A stretch of 63,960 nucleotides of DNA, the filler included, from Octopus bimaculoides (lineage: Eukaryota), in assembly GCF_001194135.2 (NCBI RefSeq). It is 6 parts of 5 records of this genome, joined end to end, with 100 filler letters (N's around TTAATTAATTAA, not from the genome) between each part and the next. Parts side by side here need not be neighbours in the genome. Positions count along the whole stretch, not along the records: positions 24,341 to 44,299 come from NC_068988.1; 5 more parts are not named here. One strand, written 5' to 3'. Below the pieces are notes generated by a model, which was given only the letters and a program-made list of their open reading frames with translations, did no database searches and was not told the origin of the DNA. Below, piece by piece: positions 25,803 to 38,973 of this stretch. Every line of letters begins with the position of its first letter. Position 1 is the first letter of the stretch. The position numbers were made by a program, and so were the translations under genes.

Positions 25803-25918
25803 GTTGTTGTTGTTATTATTATAATTATTATTATTATTATTATTATTATTATTTTAAAATGTAATTATTAAAACAATTTCATAAAACCCACTAATATTTA
25901 CACGCATATTTACGTATG

Positions 25919-25952
<34 letters not shown>

Positions 25953-26289
25953 TGTATATGTGTAGATTTGTATATTTGGCTGTATATATGTATTCTCATG
26001 CATATAGTTACATATCTAGACATGCTCACATATATTTAAATGCTAAACTTCTGGAAAGTTTTACAGATTTTTACAATTCCAGTGATAGATAGGATCTGTA
26101 GTCCTCGAATTAGCATTCTCCTTTCTGATTTTGAGAAGCCTAATTATGTATATGTGTACGTATGTATGTATGTATGTATGTATGTATGTATGTATGTATT
26201 ATGTGTGTGTGTATTATGTGTGTGTGTGTGTGTATGTATGTATGCATGCATGTATTCTGTGTTTCCTTGATTAATATTATACATTTTCA

Positions 26290-26730
26290 AGGTGGCGAAC
26301 TAGCAGAAACGTTCGCGCGCCGGGTGAAATGCTTAGCGGTATTTCGTCTGCCGCTACGTTCTGAGTTCAAATTCCGCCGAGGTCGACTTTGCCTTTCATC
26401 CTTTCGGGGTCGGTAAATTAAGTACCAGTTACGCACTGGGGTCGATGTAATCGACTTAATCCTTTTGTCTGTCCTTGTTTGTCCCCTCTATGTTTAGCCC
26501 CTCCCTGGTGGGCAATAAAGAAATAAGAAACGTTAGCACGCAGGGCGAAATGCTTAGCGGTATTTCGTCTGTCTTTACGTTCTGAGTTCAAATTCCGCCG
26601 AAGTCGACTTTGCTTTTCATCCTTTCGGAGTCGATAAATTAAGTACCAGTTGCGTACTGCAGTCGATCTAATCAACTGGCTCCCTCCCCAAAAATTTCGG
26701 GCCTTGTGCCTAGAGTAGAAAAGAATATTA
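26290..26730 (+). mobile_element. Dimeric family A SINE
   Basis: Two head-to-tail units joined at gggcaataaagaaataagaaac|gttagcac. Confidence 0.9.
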
Positions 26731-27104
26731 TGCATTTTGGTTTCTTAAAAAAACTTTAGTTATAAGATCCAAAATTTCGTGCTCTGTAAATGAGAAAACT
26801 TTGTATTATATATATTTTAGACACTATAATTAATACAGAAGTACATGATAAGGTGGCCTTACGTATACTTGCAGATGTAGGCGGGATATGTGCATGCGCA
26901 AACACATAGTACCGTTTTTTTTTTTTTATTGAAATTCCTCTCAACGTAAATTAAAAATGTTGAACGAGTTTCAAAGATAAAATAAACAATCGAATATTAT
27001 AAAGAGTGAAGTCTATAACCTATTATCAATATTAAGGTAGGTTTAACACACTACACTAGTGAGAAATAAAAATGAGAAGTAACAAATAAAAGAGCAGCTG
27101 TCTT

Positions 27105-27435
27105 GTGATCAAGGTGTTGCAATCACAATTGCTGAATCGCGATCTCGGTTCTCGGACTTTGTGGTATGTTGTGTTCTTAAGCAAAGCAGTTCATTTCACA
27201 TTGCTGCAGTCCACTCAGCTGTAAATAAGTAACGCTATAAGGGACTAGCGTCCAGTTCAGCGGGATGTGGTTTCGGTCACTTATGTGCCATAGAAATCGG
27301 TTGAACGGATCCTATGAGCCCTGGGACACGAAATAGTAATAACCAAGGGTTGGCGACGAAGACGGCGACGAAGACGACGAAGACGGCGACGAAGACGACG
27401 AAGACGGCGACGAAGACGACGACGACGATGATGAT
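27105..27435 (+). mobile_element. tRNA-derived SINE with a (GAC/GAA/GGC) 21-bp-period tail
   Basis: Degenerate tRNA-like head at ~27105-27160, then gacggcgacgaagacgacgaa repeats at 27355-27430. Confidence 0.5.
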
Positions 27436-27506
27436 GTATCTTCTAATAAAACCTTTGTCGTTTATGAAATATAAACCAGGCGAATTTTAGAGCTTCTTCA
27501 CAGTTA

Positions 27507-27584
<78 letters not shown>

Positions 27585-28774
27585 CATGTGTGTGTGTATG
27601 TGTGTATGTGTGTACGTGCTGGGATTATATGACATTTTGTAAACAATAACATCATCGGCTCCTCGTTTCCAATAGGCCAATCCCCTCGAATTCTGACAGC
27701 GAAAGAGACAAGGAATCGCAAGTACAATTCGGTGTGGAACAAAATACCTCACAGGATATTTTTATTTGAAAACACTGATTTTCCAGTTTTCTCATCATCA
27801 AAAGTTATATTAATGTGTGTGTGTGCGTGTATACAAATATATATATANNNNNNNNNNNNNNNNNNNNNNNNNNNNNNNNNNNNNNNNNNNNNNNNNNNNN
27901 NNNNNNNNNNNNNNNNNNNNNNNNNNNNNNNNNNNNNNNNNNNNNNNNNNNNNNNNNNNNNNNNNNNNNNNNNNNNNNNNNNNNNNNNNNNNNNNNNNNN
28001 NNNNNNNNNNNNNNNNNNNNNNNNNNNNNNNNNNNNNNNNNNNNNNNNNNNNNNNNNNNNNNNNNNNNNNNNNNNNNNNNNNNNNNNNNNNNNNNNNNNN
28101 NNNNNNNNNNNNNNNNNNNNNNNNNNNNNNNNNNNNNNNNNNNNNNNNNNNNNNNNNNNNNNNNNNNNNNNNNNNNNNNNNNNNNNNNNNNNNNNNNNNN
28201 NNNNNNNNNNNNNNNNNNNNNNNNNNNNNNNNNNNNNNNNNNNNNNNNNNNNNNNNNNNNNNNNNNNNNNNNNNNNNNNNNNNNNNNNNNNNNNNNNNNN
28301 NNNNNNNNNNNNNNNNNNNNNNNNNNNNNNNNNNNNNNNNNNNNNNNNNNNNNNNNNNNNNNNNNNNNNNNNNNNNNNNNNNNNNNNNNNNNNNNNNNNN
28401 NNNNNNNNNNNNNNNNNNNNNNNNNNNNNNNNNNNNNNNNNNNNNNNNNNNNNNNNNNNNNNNNNNNNNNNNNNNNNNNNNNNNNNNNNNNNNNNNNNNN
28501 NNNNNNNNNNNNNNNNNNNNNNNNNNNNNNNNNNNNNNNNNNNNNNNNNNNNNNNNNNNNNNNNNNNNNNNNNNNNNNNNNNNNNNNNNNNNNNNNNNNN
28601 NNNNNNNNNNNNNNNNNNNNNNNNNNNNNNNNNNNNNNNNNNNNNNNNNNNNNNNNNNNNNNNNNNNNNNNTATATATATATATATATACGTACATACAT
28701 ACATACATACATACATGCACACATATTCAAGCAAAACACATCTACACACACACTCACTATATGTACAAATACTC

Positions 28775-29182
28775 TCTTTACTCTCTCTTTCACTTGTTTC
28801 AGTCATTTGACTGCGGCCATCCTGGAGCACCGCCATTTAGTCGACTTATTCTTTGTAAGCCTAGTACTTATTCTATCGGTCTCTTTTGCCGAACCGCTAA
28901 GTTACGGGGACGTAAACACACCAGCATCGGTTGTCAAGCGATATTGGGGGAACAAACACAGACACACAAATATATACACACATACATACACTCACACACA
29001 CACACNNNNNNNNNNATATACGACGGGCTTCTTTCAGTTTCCGTCTACCAAATCCACTCACAAGGCTTTGGTTGGCCTGAGGGTATAGTAGAAGACACTT
29101 GCCCAAGGTGCCACGCAGTGGGACTGAACCCAGAACCATGTGGTTGGTAAGCAAGCTACTTACCACACAGACACTCCTGCGC
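28775..29182 (-). mobile_element. Family B SINE, well preserved
   Basis: Complete head, body and tail; the central microsatellite contains a short gap. Confidence 0.9.
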
Positions 29183-29693
29183 ATACATATATAAACATAT
29201 ATTATTTAAAAAAATAGAAAGCAATCATTTTGACTTTTTGTTTCATCCGTTGTTAAATAAAATAATAGGTTTGAGAATCAGAACCTTGTCACAGACTCGG
29301 TTTGCCCTGAGCTTTATGTGACCATTTGATCTTATTAACAATAGCGGTCGTCTCTCTCACACGTCACATCCAACCACCGTAAAACAAATTGGATGATTCA
29401 GTCCTAGATTTACATTTCTTAGGAAAAAAAGTGAGGGTGCATGGCCTTTTGGTTAAACCTCGGTGGAATTTGAACTCAGACTGTAAAGAGCCGGAACAAA
29501 TACTGCGAAGATCGAATGTGCGTTTTATTCTTGAGCTCTAGTTCGCTCAGTAGTCAGCAGGTAAATTTGTGACGGATTGGTGAACAAGAGTGAGATGGTG
29601 ACTCAGAAAAATCTCTCGGACAGAGGTCTCGCGAGTCACGTTTTTTATTCGGCAATCGAAAGGACGAATAGTATAACCCGTGGTATGACTCAC

Positions 29694-29943
29694 GACTGGT
29701 TAGGATTGGTTGTTCAACCACATCGACTGTTCATCATTCATCATCAGACGAAAAAGTCTTTCGCTCACAACTTGATTGGCTTCAATATTAGACTTGCTTG
29801 AACCAGACTGACCTGGAAATAAACAACAACCGCAACAATGGAAGAGAGGCAGCTAAAAATTAAAACCCAGTCGTTGTAGAATCATCTCATCAGTAACTTA
29901 CATCCCTCTTCTAGGTGGCGCCATCTACAATCTTAAACGCAAT
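29694..29943 (-). other. Two candidate non-coding exons (29902-29943 and 29694-29812) separated by an 89-nt intron; possible 5' UTR of the TRPM-like gene or a lncRNA
   Basis: Canonical intron gtaagt...gttgtttatttccag at 29901-29813, next donor gtgagt at 29693, upstream acceptor ttttttatag. All frames of both exons contain stops. Confidence 0.35.
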
Positions 29944-30399
29944 CTATAAAAAATGTTTGTGATTATTCAATCCTGTTTTTCTTAAAAACTTTAGTGTAAA
30001 ACATTGTTATACTTAATACTATTTCTCATCATTTAATGTCAACATTTTCATGCTTGCATGGGTCAGACGGAATATGTTGAAGCAGATTTCCTATGGGCGG
30101 ACGCCCTTCTTGTCGTCAACCCTCACTTGTTTCCAAACATTGTAATATTTCCCATGGCTTGACATGTTTTTCGCAGAAGACTGGAAACGAACAGCCTCTC
30201 TTGTGTGACGATAATACTCACAACCATCATGTGATGTCTAGGCAAGGATACACATGTATATAGACATATACACACATAGGTAGAAAATATGAAACATCAA
30301 ACATCACAAACTATTCCCTTGTGTGAATTTAGTAAGGGTGGAGAGAAATATCAAAGCAGAACAAAAATTCAAAATTACAATTATTACAATTATTTTAAA

Positions 30400-30490
30400 A
30401 AGAGAAAGGTCGGCCAAAGGAAGAGAAAGGTCGGCCAAAGGAAGAGAAAGGTCGGCCAAAGGAAGAGAAAGGTCGGCCAAAGGAAGAGAA
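30400..30490. repeat. Perfect 21-bp minisatellite (AAGAGAAAGGTCGGCCAAAGG) x4.3
   Basis: Directly visible. Confidence 0.95.
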
Positions 30491-30717
30491 CGGATACGAA
30501 AAGAAAAAAGCTAAATATTTAATCGTTAATTCCATGGAAAGAGCATTGCTTCAGCCATGACAAAGGTTCTTATGAAGTTTTTGATTCATAAGATATTTAA
30601 TCTGTAATCCTTAGTACGACAAAATATATTTTGTTTCGCCTTCGGCTCTTCGGGAATTGGGGGTTTTGATAGATGTGTGTGTATGTGTGTGTGTGTATGA
30701 GTGCGTACAAACATACA

Positions 30718-30748
<31 letters not shown>

Positions 30749-30852
30749 TGTTGATGTCATAATAATTTATAAACTTTCTGGAGAATGTAAAATAATTCTT
30801 TCATCGAACAGTGAACCTCGAAGCACATAGAGTTGTAAATAATATGTAAATA

Positions 30853-30961
30853 TAGGGTTGAAAATCCCTTTTAGATAAAAAAAAAAACGTTAAAAGCTGC
30901 CCATGGGACTCAAACCCACACGCATCCTTCCACTTTCTATCCAAAAGGGGTTTTCAACCTA
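30853..30961. mobile_element. Tiny MITE-like element (~110 bp) with ~19-bp TIRs
   Basis: TAGGGTTGAAAATCCCTTTT ... AAAAGGGGTTTTCAACCTA, with TA at both ends. Confidence 0.5.
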
Positions 30962-31089
30962 ATTTTTACATATTTTATGCGCTTCGAGATCTACTGTTCC
31001 CAAAAATAACTACATATATGTTAGAGAGATCTGTAGATATATGCGTATACATACATACACAAATACACACACACGCACACACATATTTA

Positions 31090-31131
<42 letters not shown>

Positions 31132-31363
31132 CATACATACATATATGTATGTATGTATATGCGTGTGTGTTGATGATTCATTCCATTATTTGATAGAGTT
31201 TCTTTCTTGCCGTGGGCCATCAGTCAGGCGACAAAATATTGAGTCATTTTGCCGCCTGAAGAACTACAATATAACATGAAACTCTGAGTAGTTACAGTGA
31301 ATCATCAACTTCAGAGCATGTGTGTTGTAGATGCAGACACACACATACACACACACACACACG

Positions 31364-31402
<39 letters not shown>

Positions 31403-32295
31403 ACGCACACGCACGCATGCACGCACGCACCCAAATACTCGTATGCGCATACACGCACAAACACAATGGAAGCTGCTTATTGTAACTACACATGCTGTTA
31501 TCAAAATTATACGCTTAATGTTACCAGACGTTGTTATCGAAAAAGCTTCATTCCAAATTAATCAGGATAAACAATTATTACTGCTGCGCATGTTGTAGCA
31601 CAAGAGCTGACCAAACAAGAAGAACGATAAAGAGTACTAAATACAAAATGTAGAATTATCATATTATATTCATTCCGATAAATATAATATAATAATTCTA
31701 CACAAAAAGGAAAAAAACCTGCACTAATTACAAATCAGAATTTCTTTCTTGATCTTCAGACGAAATCCGAAGATTGGAAATGAAAAATAATTAATGAAGT
31801 TTTCAGTCTCCAATAATTATTGCTATGGTGTGTGTGTATGTGTGTATGTTTGTGTTTATATGTGTGTGAGTGAATATGCTTTTGTATAATATATATATAA
31901 TCTGTGTGTGTGTGTGTGTGATTTTTGTCTATGACGGGGAAATGCAGTACATTGCTACAATGTAAGTAAATCAATTGTAATTATATCTACCCTGGCGAGA
32001 TGAAGTACATATTAACTTTGACAGTATTTGACAGTATTAACTGTGAAATTATTTGCCCTAAGAAATATAAGGCGGCATATAAAAGGATGGGTAGAGAATG
32101 AAACAGTTGTTAATATATATGAATATGATTAATTAACATTGTATCACAATCTTTAAGACATTCAGGAACCAGAAAGAGATCAGTGTGATAAAAGAGGACA
32201 ATAAATACGAATATTTTATATTTAAAAACAAAATGGCTCCCTGCTTTCATTTTATACTGATTTCTCAAACCAACCTTCAACACAAACCACTAAAT

Positions 32296-32650
32296 CAGGG
32301 GTCGGCAAAGTGGTCGATGTTGATTTCTGGTGGTAGGGGGTCTATGTGACTATTCAAGGGGTTAATAAACACCTGAAACGATTCTAAGCTTTAAGGGTAC
32401 TGAATTGATAGCGGAATGCTTCACAGCAATTTCATTAAGTATTTTCATTAAATTTCTCCCTTTTTTTTTTTTTTTATTAAAAAGTGGTAACTACACAAAA
32501 AAAAAGCCCAAAGGAATTATTGTTTTAAATAAGAATTTTTTTATTAATTATACTTTTTAATTTTATTTCTGCAATTTACATGATGGGGGTCAATAACCAA
32601 GCAATGAATCATGAAAGAGTCGATCCATATAAAACGTTTGCCGACCTCTA
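32296..32650. mobile_element. hAT-type MITE
   Basis: TIRs CAGGGGTCGGCAAA / TTTGCCGACCTCTA. The 8-bp flanks cactaaat and caataaac match at 6 of 8 positions, consistent with a decayed TSD. Confidence 0.7.
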
Positions 32651-33417
32651 CAATAAACTTTTAAAGCTTACTTTATGTGAACTTGTTTGTAAATAGATCT
32701 TTCTTCATCTCTTAATTCATTGTTATTTTTCTTAGTAGTTTTACTATTAAACCCTGCCAATTCCTTCCTTACACCCTCTCTGCCTTTAAAACTTCTTTGT
32801 CTTTTATACGCTCTTCTCCCACTCCTTAAACTTTATGCTTATTTGTGTTCATCATAATTTTCTTTATTCATTAGTTGAATCTGCCAAACAAACAAAATGC
32901 ATACTTTTTCACACATTTTTCTTCCAAAATATTCGTAAATCATATCAGTTTAACCTTCTGTTTTCTCTGTTTGTAAAAAAAATGTTAAACAAATTTAGAG
33001 GTCAATGAAACTAAAGAGAATTTTAAGGCAATGGATAATTATTTTCTTATATAGGCCTGGAATTTGAACTGGTACTTTATTTTATTGACCTCCGGAAGGA
33101 TAACAGGAAAAGTTGTCCTCAGCAGGATTTATTACAGAACGTAATTAAAAGGAACGTTTTTGCTTAGCTGCGTCGGCGCCGCCTATTTGGTGATGCTGAT
33201 TCAATGCAGAAGAAACAAGAAACATCAGAATTGTAATGAAAGGACACTGCTTATGTGACATTCATGCCTTTCCAGAAGACATGAGAAGCATAACATCAGG
33301 AGGGGAGAAACAATTCATAACCTAGTATAAACAATATAGACGTCTTACTGGTGCTTATTTTATTGGCCTTGGGTATATAGGAGACAAGGAAGACCTGTGT
33401 GAAACTTTAATTCAGAA

Positions 33418-33607
33418 CTTGTTTCAGTCATTAGACTGTGGCCATGCTGGAGCACCGCCTTGAAGAATTTTTAGTCGAATGGATCAGACCCAGTACTTTT
33501 TTTAAAGCCTGGTAGTTATTTTATCAGTTTCTTTTGCCGAACCGCTAAGTTACGGGCTCACAAATCCATCAATACTAGTTGCCAAGCGGTGGGGGGGGCC
33601 AACACAG

Positions 33608-33642
<35 letters not shown>

Positions 33643-33793
33643 CACGACGGGCTTCTTTCCATTTCCGTCTACCAAATCCACTCGAAATGCTTTAGTTAAC
33701 TCGAGGCTATAGTAGAAGACGCTTGCCTAAAGTGCCATCCGAAACCATGTGGGTGGAAAGCAAATTTCTTACCACACAGCCACGCCTGCGCCT
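33418..33793 (-). mobile_element. Family B SINE
   Basis: Collinear with 28775-29182. Confidence 0.85.
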
Positions 33794-34039
33794 AGTAAAA
33801 TGATTTTTAGATTTCGCGTATTTTTTCAAGAGGAACTACAAAAATTAGACTGAGGACAGTGTATTTAATGCCTCAGCTAACTGAAATAATATTACTGAAT
33901 ACTATTATTCGATTGTTTAATAAACAAAATAATAATTAAATAAACCTAATAAGCTGTTTCACAGACCCTTTTTTTTCCTTTTTTATTTTTTTTTTTTTTT
34001 TTAAACACGGCATTCTCATTATATATATGGTCTTCAGCT

Positions 34040-34643
34040 TTTCTATAATTAGCAGAGCGTTGTTGCTGGGAAAAAAATGCTTTGCGGGATTCGTTCTGGG
34101 CTCTTAATGTTCTGTATTCAAATCCTGCAAAAGTCAACTTTGCTTTTCATCCTTTCAGGGTCTTTAAAATAAAGATACCAGTAAAGTACTAGGGTTGATA
34201 GTATCAACTAACACCCAGGCCCCTAAAATTACCGGCCTTGTGCCAAACTTTGAAACCATTATTATTATTATTATTATTATTATTGTTTTCAAATTTTGGC
34301 ACAAGGCCAATAATTCTGGAGGAGGAGTGTAATATATCATATTATTATATAATTATATATCATTATTAATGTTTTATTATTATTGTTGTTGTTTTTGTTG
34401 TTGTTTTTTATTAAGGCGGCGAGCTGGCAGAATCGTTAACACACCAGGGAAATGCTTGGCGGCATTTCGTCCGTCTTTACGTTCTGAGTTCAAATTCCAC
34501 CCAGGTGGATTTTGCCTTTCATACTTTCGGGGGTCGTTAAAATAAGTACCAGCTGAATACTGGGGTCGGTGTAATACCTTTACTCCGCCCTCAAAATTGC
34601 TGGCATTGTGACAAAATTTTGAAACCATTATTATTATTATTAT

Positions 34644-34685
<42 letters not shown>

Positions 34686-35766
34686 GTGGTTGCTGCTTTG
34701 TTTTTATACGAGTTGTTCCAACTCTCACCCACAAGACCTCAAATAACAGTTAAGTTGGACGTTTTACCGTGGTTGTTATTTATGATTAGGAATGATATGT
34801 TGTAGAGAAAGGCGACCAGATACTAAGAATTAAGATTCCGTTAAAAAATTTGCTGTAATATTTGCACTTTTGAAAAAAGTTTTAAAAGAATCATGAGAAC
34901 AACTTTTTGTAATTCTGTTACTTTTGGGTTTCCTGGTATTTGAACATAGTATTTAAGGGTGCCATTTGGTATTATACCCAAAGTCCCGATGATCACAAGT
35001 ACAGTTATTTTTTTTAGATGGCACCTTTTGGAGGCCTCTAATTCAAAGTCTATATATTTAGTTTTCATTTTTTTTTTTTAACAGAGATGTTGCAATCTGC
35101 TGGAATTAACATAATCTACAAGCAACTATGTTTTGTCAATGTAATTATTTTCCCTACAATATTTGATTTATTATTATTATTCTGGCAGAATCGTTAGCGC
35201 GCAGAACAAAATATTTAGCAGCATTTCGCCCGTCGCTGCGTTCTGAGTTCAAATTCCACCGAGGTCAACTTTGCCTTTCGTCCTTTCGAGATCGATAAAT
35301 TAAGTACCAGTTGAGTAATCGACTACCCACCCCCCACCATAAATTTCAGGTCTTGTGTCTATAGTAGAAAGGATTGTTATTATTATTTTTATTAAATACG
35401 TCCTGAGTTTAAATTTCGTCGAGGTCGACCTTGCCTTTCTTCCTTTCGGGGTCGATAAATTAAGTACCAGTGAAACACTGGGGTCGATGTAATCGACCAG
35501 CCCCTCCTCTCCCAAATTTTAGGCCTTGTACCTATAGAAGAAAGAATTATTATTTTTTTTTGTTGTTGTTAAGGCGGCGAGCTGGCAAAATCGTTAGGAC
35601 GCCGAGCGAAATGCTGAGTTCAAATTCCGCCGAGGTCGACTTAGCCTTTCATCCTTCGGGGTCGATAAATTAAGTACAAGTTGAGTACTGGGGTCGATGT
35701 AATCGGCCATCTCATCCCTAAAATTTCAAGCCTTGTGCCAATAATAGAATGATTATTATTATCATT

Positions 35767-35811
<45 letters not shown>

Positions 35812-35970
35812 GAGATAGTAGATTGGCAGAATTGTAAGAGCGTCAGAGAAGCTGCCTTGCAGTATTTATTCCAGCTCTTTACTTTCTGTGTTCAAATCCC
35901 ACCGAGGTTAACTTTGGCTTTCATCCCTCCAGGGTCGATAAAATGAAATATCAGTGAAGAACTAGAGTCA
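34040..35970 (+). mobile_element. Cluster of family A SINE copies and fragments (34040-34260, 34413-34625, 35185-35740, 35820-35970)
   Basis: Repeated gagttcaaattcc..gaggtcgac..gcctttcatcct..gggtcgataaa core. Confidence 0.85.
34841..35068 (-). pseudogene. Degenerate R4/Dong endonuclease C-terminus
   Basis: KYIDFELE...VIIGTLGII...LQKVVL resembles KYxDLxxE...PIIVGALG...IQKIALL at 62880-63080. Confidence 0.55.
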
Positions 35971-35976
35971 ATGGTA

Positions 35977-36183
35977 CAAGGTGCGGCAGAAATACCTCCC
36001 ACATTTGAAAGGTTGACAAAAGGAAAAAGAAACAACATTTATGAAAAATTAATTTTACCGTTGTTTAAATTAATTTTACCGTTGTTCATTAGCTAAATGA
36101 AAACATCATTGGCACTTGCATAAGTTCATTAGCAACACATAGGTGAAAGTTTAAAATGTGGGAAGTATTTCTGTTGCACCCTG
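35977..36183. mobile_element. Tc1/mariner-type MITE (~207 bp)
   Basis: ~30-bp TIRs CAAGGTGCGGCAGAAATACCTCCCACATTT / AAAATGTGGGAAGTATTTCTGTTGCACCCTG, with TA on both sides. Confidence 0.8.
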
Positions 36184-38189
36184 TATTAACTAGACTGCCC
36201 CCCCACCATCATCTCAAAAATGTTGGCTTCGTCCTTAAAGTAGAAGCAATCCTTTATTGCTAACTTTCTCTCCTTATTTCTCTTACAACTAAAATCAGTG
36301 AACGCTGTAGGGCAAGGTGCTAATGATAAGCCCAAACTGCAGCTCGGTTTCGATTCTCATCGAAACCACTTTACATCATTCGTGGTATACTAATTCCTTA
36401 GGAAGAAAAAGCATAAACATTACAGCATCCCGCTCAACTCTCATATATAAAAAAAAATCTAAGGCCTCTGTTTCTAAGTAGAAAAAAATTATTATTACAT
36501 CAATGAGAGGATAGAAGTTCGGCCATTGTTCAGCACTAAGATTAATAGAACATCTCTCTACATCCACTGTTCAAATACCTCCAGGGTTGACTTTGCGTTT
36601 CAGCTTTCCAGGGTCGATGAAATAAATTTCTCATTTTCTGGGGTCACTTCAATCTAATGTAATCTCTTCTACAAATTTGGGGGCCTTGTGTCTTTTCATA
36701 AAAAAAAAATTATAAGAGAAGAAAAATCACTGTTGTTAGTTAGAAATTCAACTTTATGCAGCTGGCATATGTTTTTTTCAGAAAACCGAACAGAAATGTC
36801 AATAAATATACTTTAAAAAAACAAAAACAGAAAATTCTCTCTTGTACTCTACACTTTGCATATCAAATTTTGGTTGGAATTACTATTTCCAGATAAGCTG
36901 TCAAATATAATTATTTGTTTCTATTGTTGAAAACTTCCCAAAAGACCTCAGAAGACAAAAGAAACGTGAATAAAAAAAAAAATCTGAATCTAAAGTTTTC
37001 TGTCTTTTTGTCTTTTTCTTCGAAAAAATTTCTCATCTCTTTTATTTAATATAATAAATACTATGATTATTTATATTGTTGAAATTACAAGTATTGTGTG
37101 TGTGTGTGTGTGGCTTTTTTTCTCTTTTTTATTTTCATCATTGTTTCATGAAGGCACGTGGTCCAGTTGTTAGGATGTTGCGCTCCCGATCGTAAGATCG
37201 TAGTTTCGATTCCCAGACCTAATGCTGCATTGTGTTCTTAAGAAAAAAAGACATTTCATGTTGCTCGTCTACTCAGCTGCAAACAAATCCCAGAAACGGT
37301 TGGAGAGTTAAACCTTGCGACAGACAGTCACGTTCAGTAGAGAGTATTGTGATCTCAGTTACTTATTCGCCAGGTAAACTGGGTTAAGCTCCAGCCCCAT
37401 GGGTTCTGGGGATCATGACACATCTAAGTCTATTGCTTCATGTACTTATCGTCCTCTGCAAGGATGAAAAGCTAAGTCGACCTCAGCGAAATTTGAACTT
37501 GTAGCGTAATGATTCAATGATTGATGGAGACGTTTGTTGGTAAACAATAATATTATGCATAGATATTTTTTTTCCTTTCAATATTTTTGGGGTGGAATAG
37601 AGACAGGAGATATCAGAATCTTGTATTTTTCTTTCCTTTCATCAGAAATTGATCCCAAGAATGCAAACTAAACAAAAAATAACAATTTTTTTTTAAATTT
37701 TAATTTTAATTTCCCATTTCACTTAATTTTTATTTTGAAATCCACTTCATAAATGCAGACCATCCCACAACGCTGACCACCCCTACCATCGCCACCACTA
37801 CCACCAGTGCCACCTCTACTTCAGACTCCTTAGGATTCATGTCTATGCCAATAAGTCTTGTTTGGAATAAATTACCATAATCCTTATGAAGTGGAACCTT
37901 CTTATGAAGTCATGTTGTCACCATTTCATTAATAGTAATGACTGACAGCCTTGGAAAATGCATGAATATCACCACAACTCACCAATCTGTCTCGTCACAG
38001 TAATGTACCTAGAATGTGCTCCCACTCTGCCTGGTTTCTTGATCTGCTAGGAATAGCACTCCAGTGTCAGTTTTGGTTTGGTTTCTATGGCTAGATGCCC
38101 TTCCCAGTGCCAACCACTTTACAATGTGTACTGAGGGGTTTTTTCATGCCACCAGCACTAGTCAGTTTGCCTATCATCATCATTATCAT

Positions 38190-38765
38190 CATCATCATTT
38201 AACGTCCGCTTTCCATGCTAGCATGGGTTGGACGATTTGACTGAGGACTTGCGAACCAGATGGCTACACCAGGCCCCAATCTGATCTGGCAGAGTTTCTA
38301 CAGCTGGATGCCCTTCCTAGCGCATACCACTCCGGGAGTGTAGTGGGTGCTTTTCATGTGCCACCGGCACGAGGGCCAGTCCGGTGGTACTGGCAACAGC
38401 TACGCTCAAATAGTGTTTTTTACGTGCTACCTGCACAGGAGTCAGTCCAATGTTTTGTTCACATGCCACCGGCACAAGTGCCAGTAAGGCGAAGCTGGAA
38501 ACGATCGCGCTCAAATGGTGCTTTTCACGTGCTACCAGCACGGGAGCGAGACCGCTGCTCTGGCAGTGATCCCGCTCGGATGGTGCTGTTAGCGTTCCAC
38601 TGGCACGGGTACCAGTCATCAAATTTGGTTCAGTTTAGATCTCACTTGCCCCAACAGGTCTTCGCAAACTGAGTTTAGTGTCCAACGAAGGAAGGTTGGC
38701 ATGAGTGCCAGTCATCGAATTTGGTTCAACTTCGATTTCGATTTCGATTGCACTTGCCTCAACAG
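38190..38765 (-). mobile_element. SINE-like element (family D) with internal ~60-bp repeats and a (GAT)n tail
   Basis: The end catcatcatttaacgtccgctttccatgctagcatgggttggacg recurs at 40255-40370, with related ends near 30040, 40570 and 20780 (reverse). Internal repeats of tttYAcGTGCYACC.GCAC. Confidence 0.75.
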
Positions 38766-38973
38766 GTCTTTGCAAGCAGGGTTTTGTGTCCCACAGTTAT
38801 ATATTAAATAAATGTTCAGATATTTGGAATGTCTTTGTCTCCCTGGTTACTGCTGAGCTAAAACTTGTTGTTAATTCAAAGCCTTTCCAGACATACATCA
38901 CTACATGCATTTCCTTTCATCACTCCAAAGTGAAGATATAGAACTTTCAACCTATCTTAATAACTCAGCTGTA

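Noticed and set aside
27355-27430. Acidic GDEDGDEDD-coding repeat
   Set aside because: It is the simple-repeat tail of a SINE, with no splice or ORF context.
30400-30490. Possible CRISPR-like repeats
   Set aside because: The repeats have no spacers, there are no cas genes, and the context is eukaryotic.
31264-31598. HT/CV/YI-repeat ORFs resembling metal-binding proteins (many loci)
   Set aside because: Translations of (CA)n, (TA)n and (TACA)n microsatellites.
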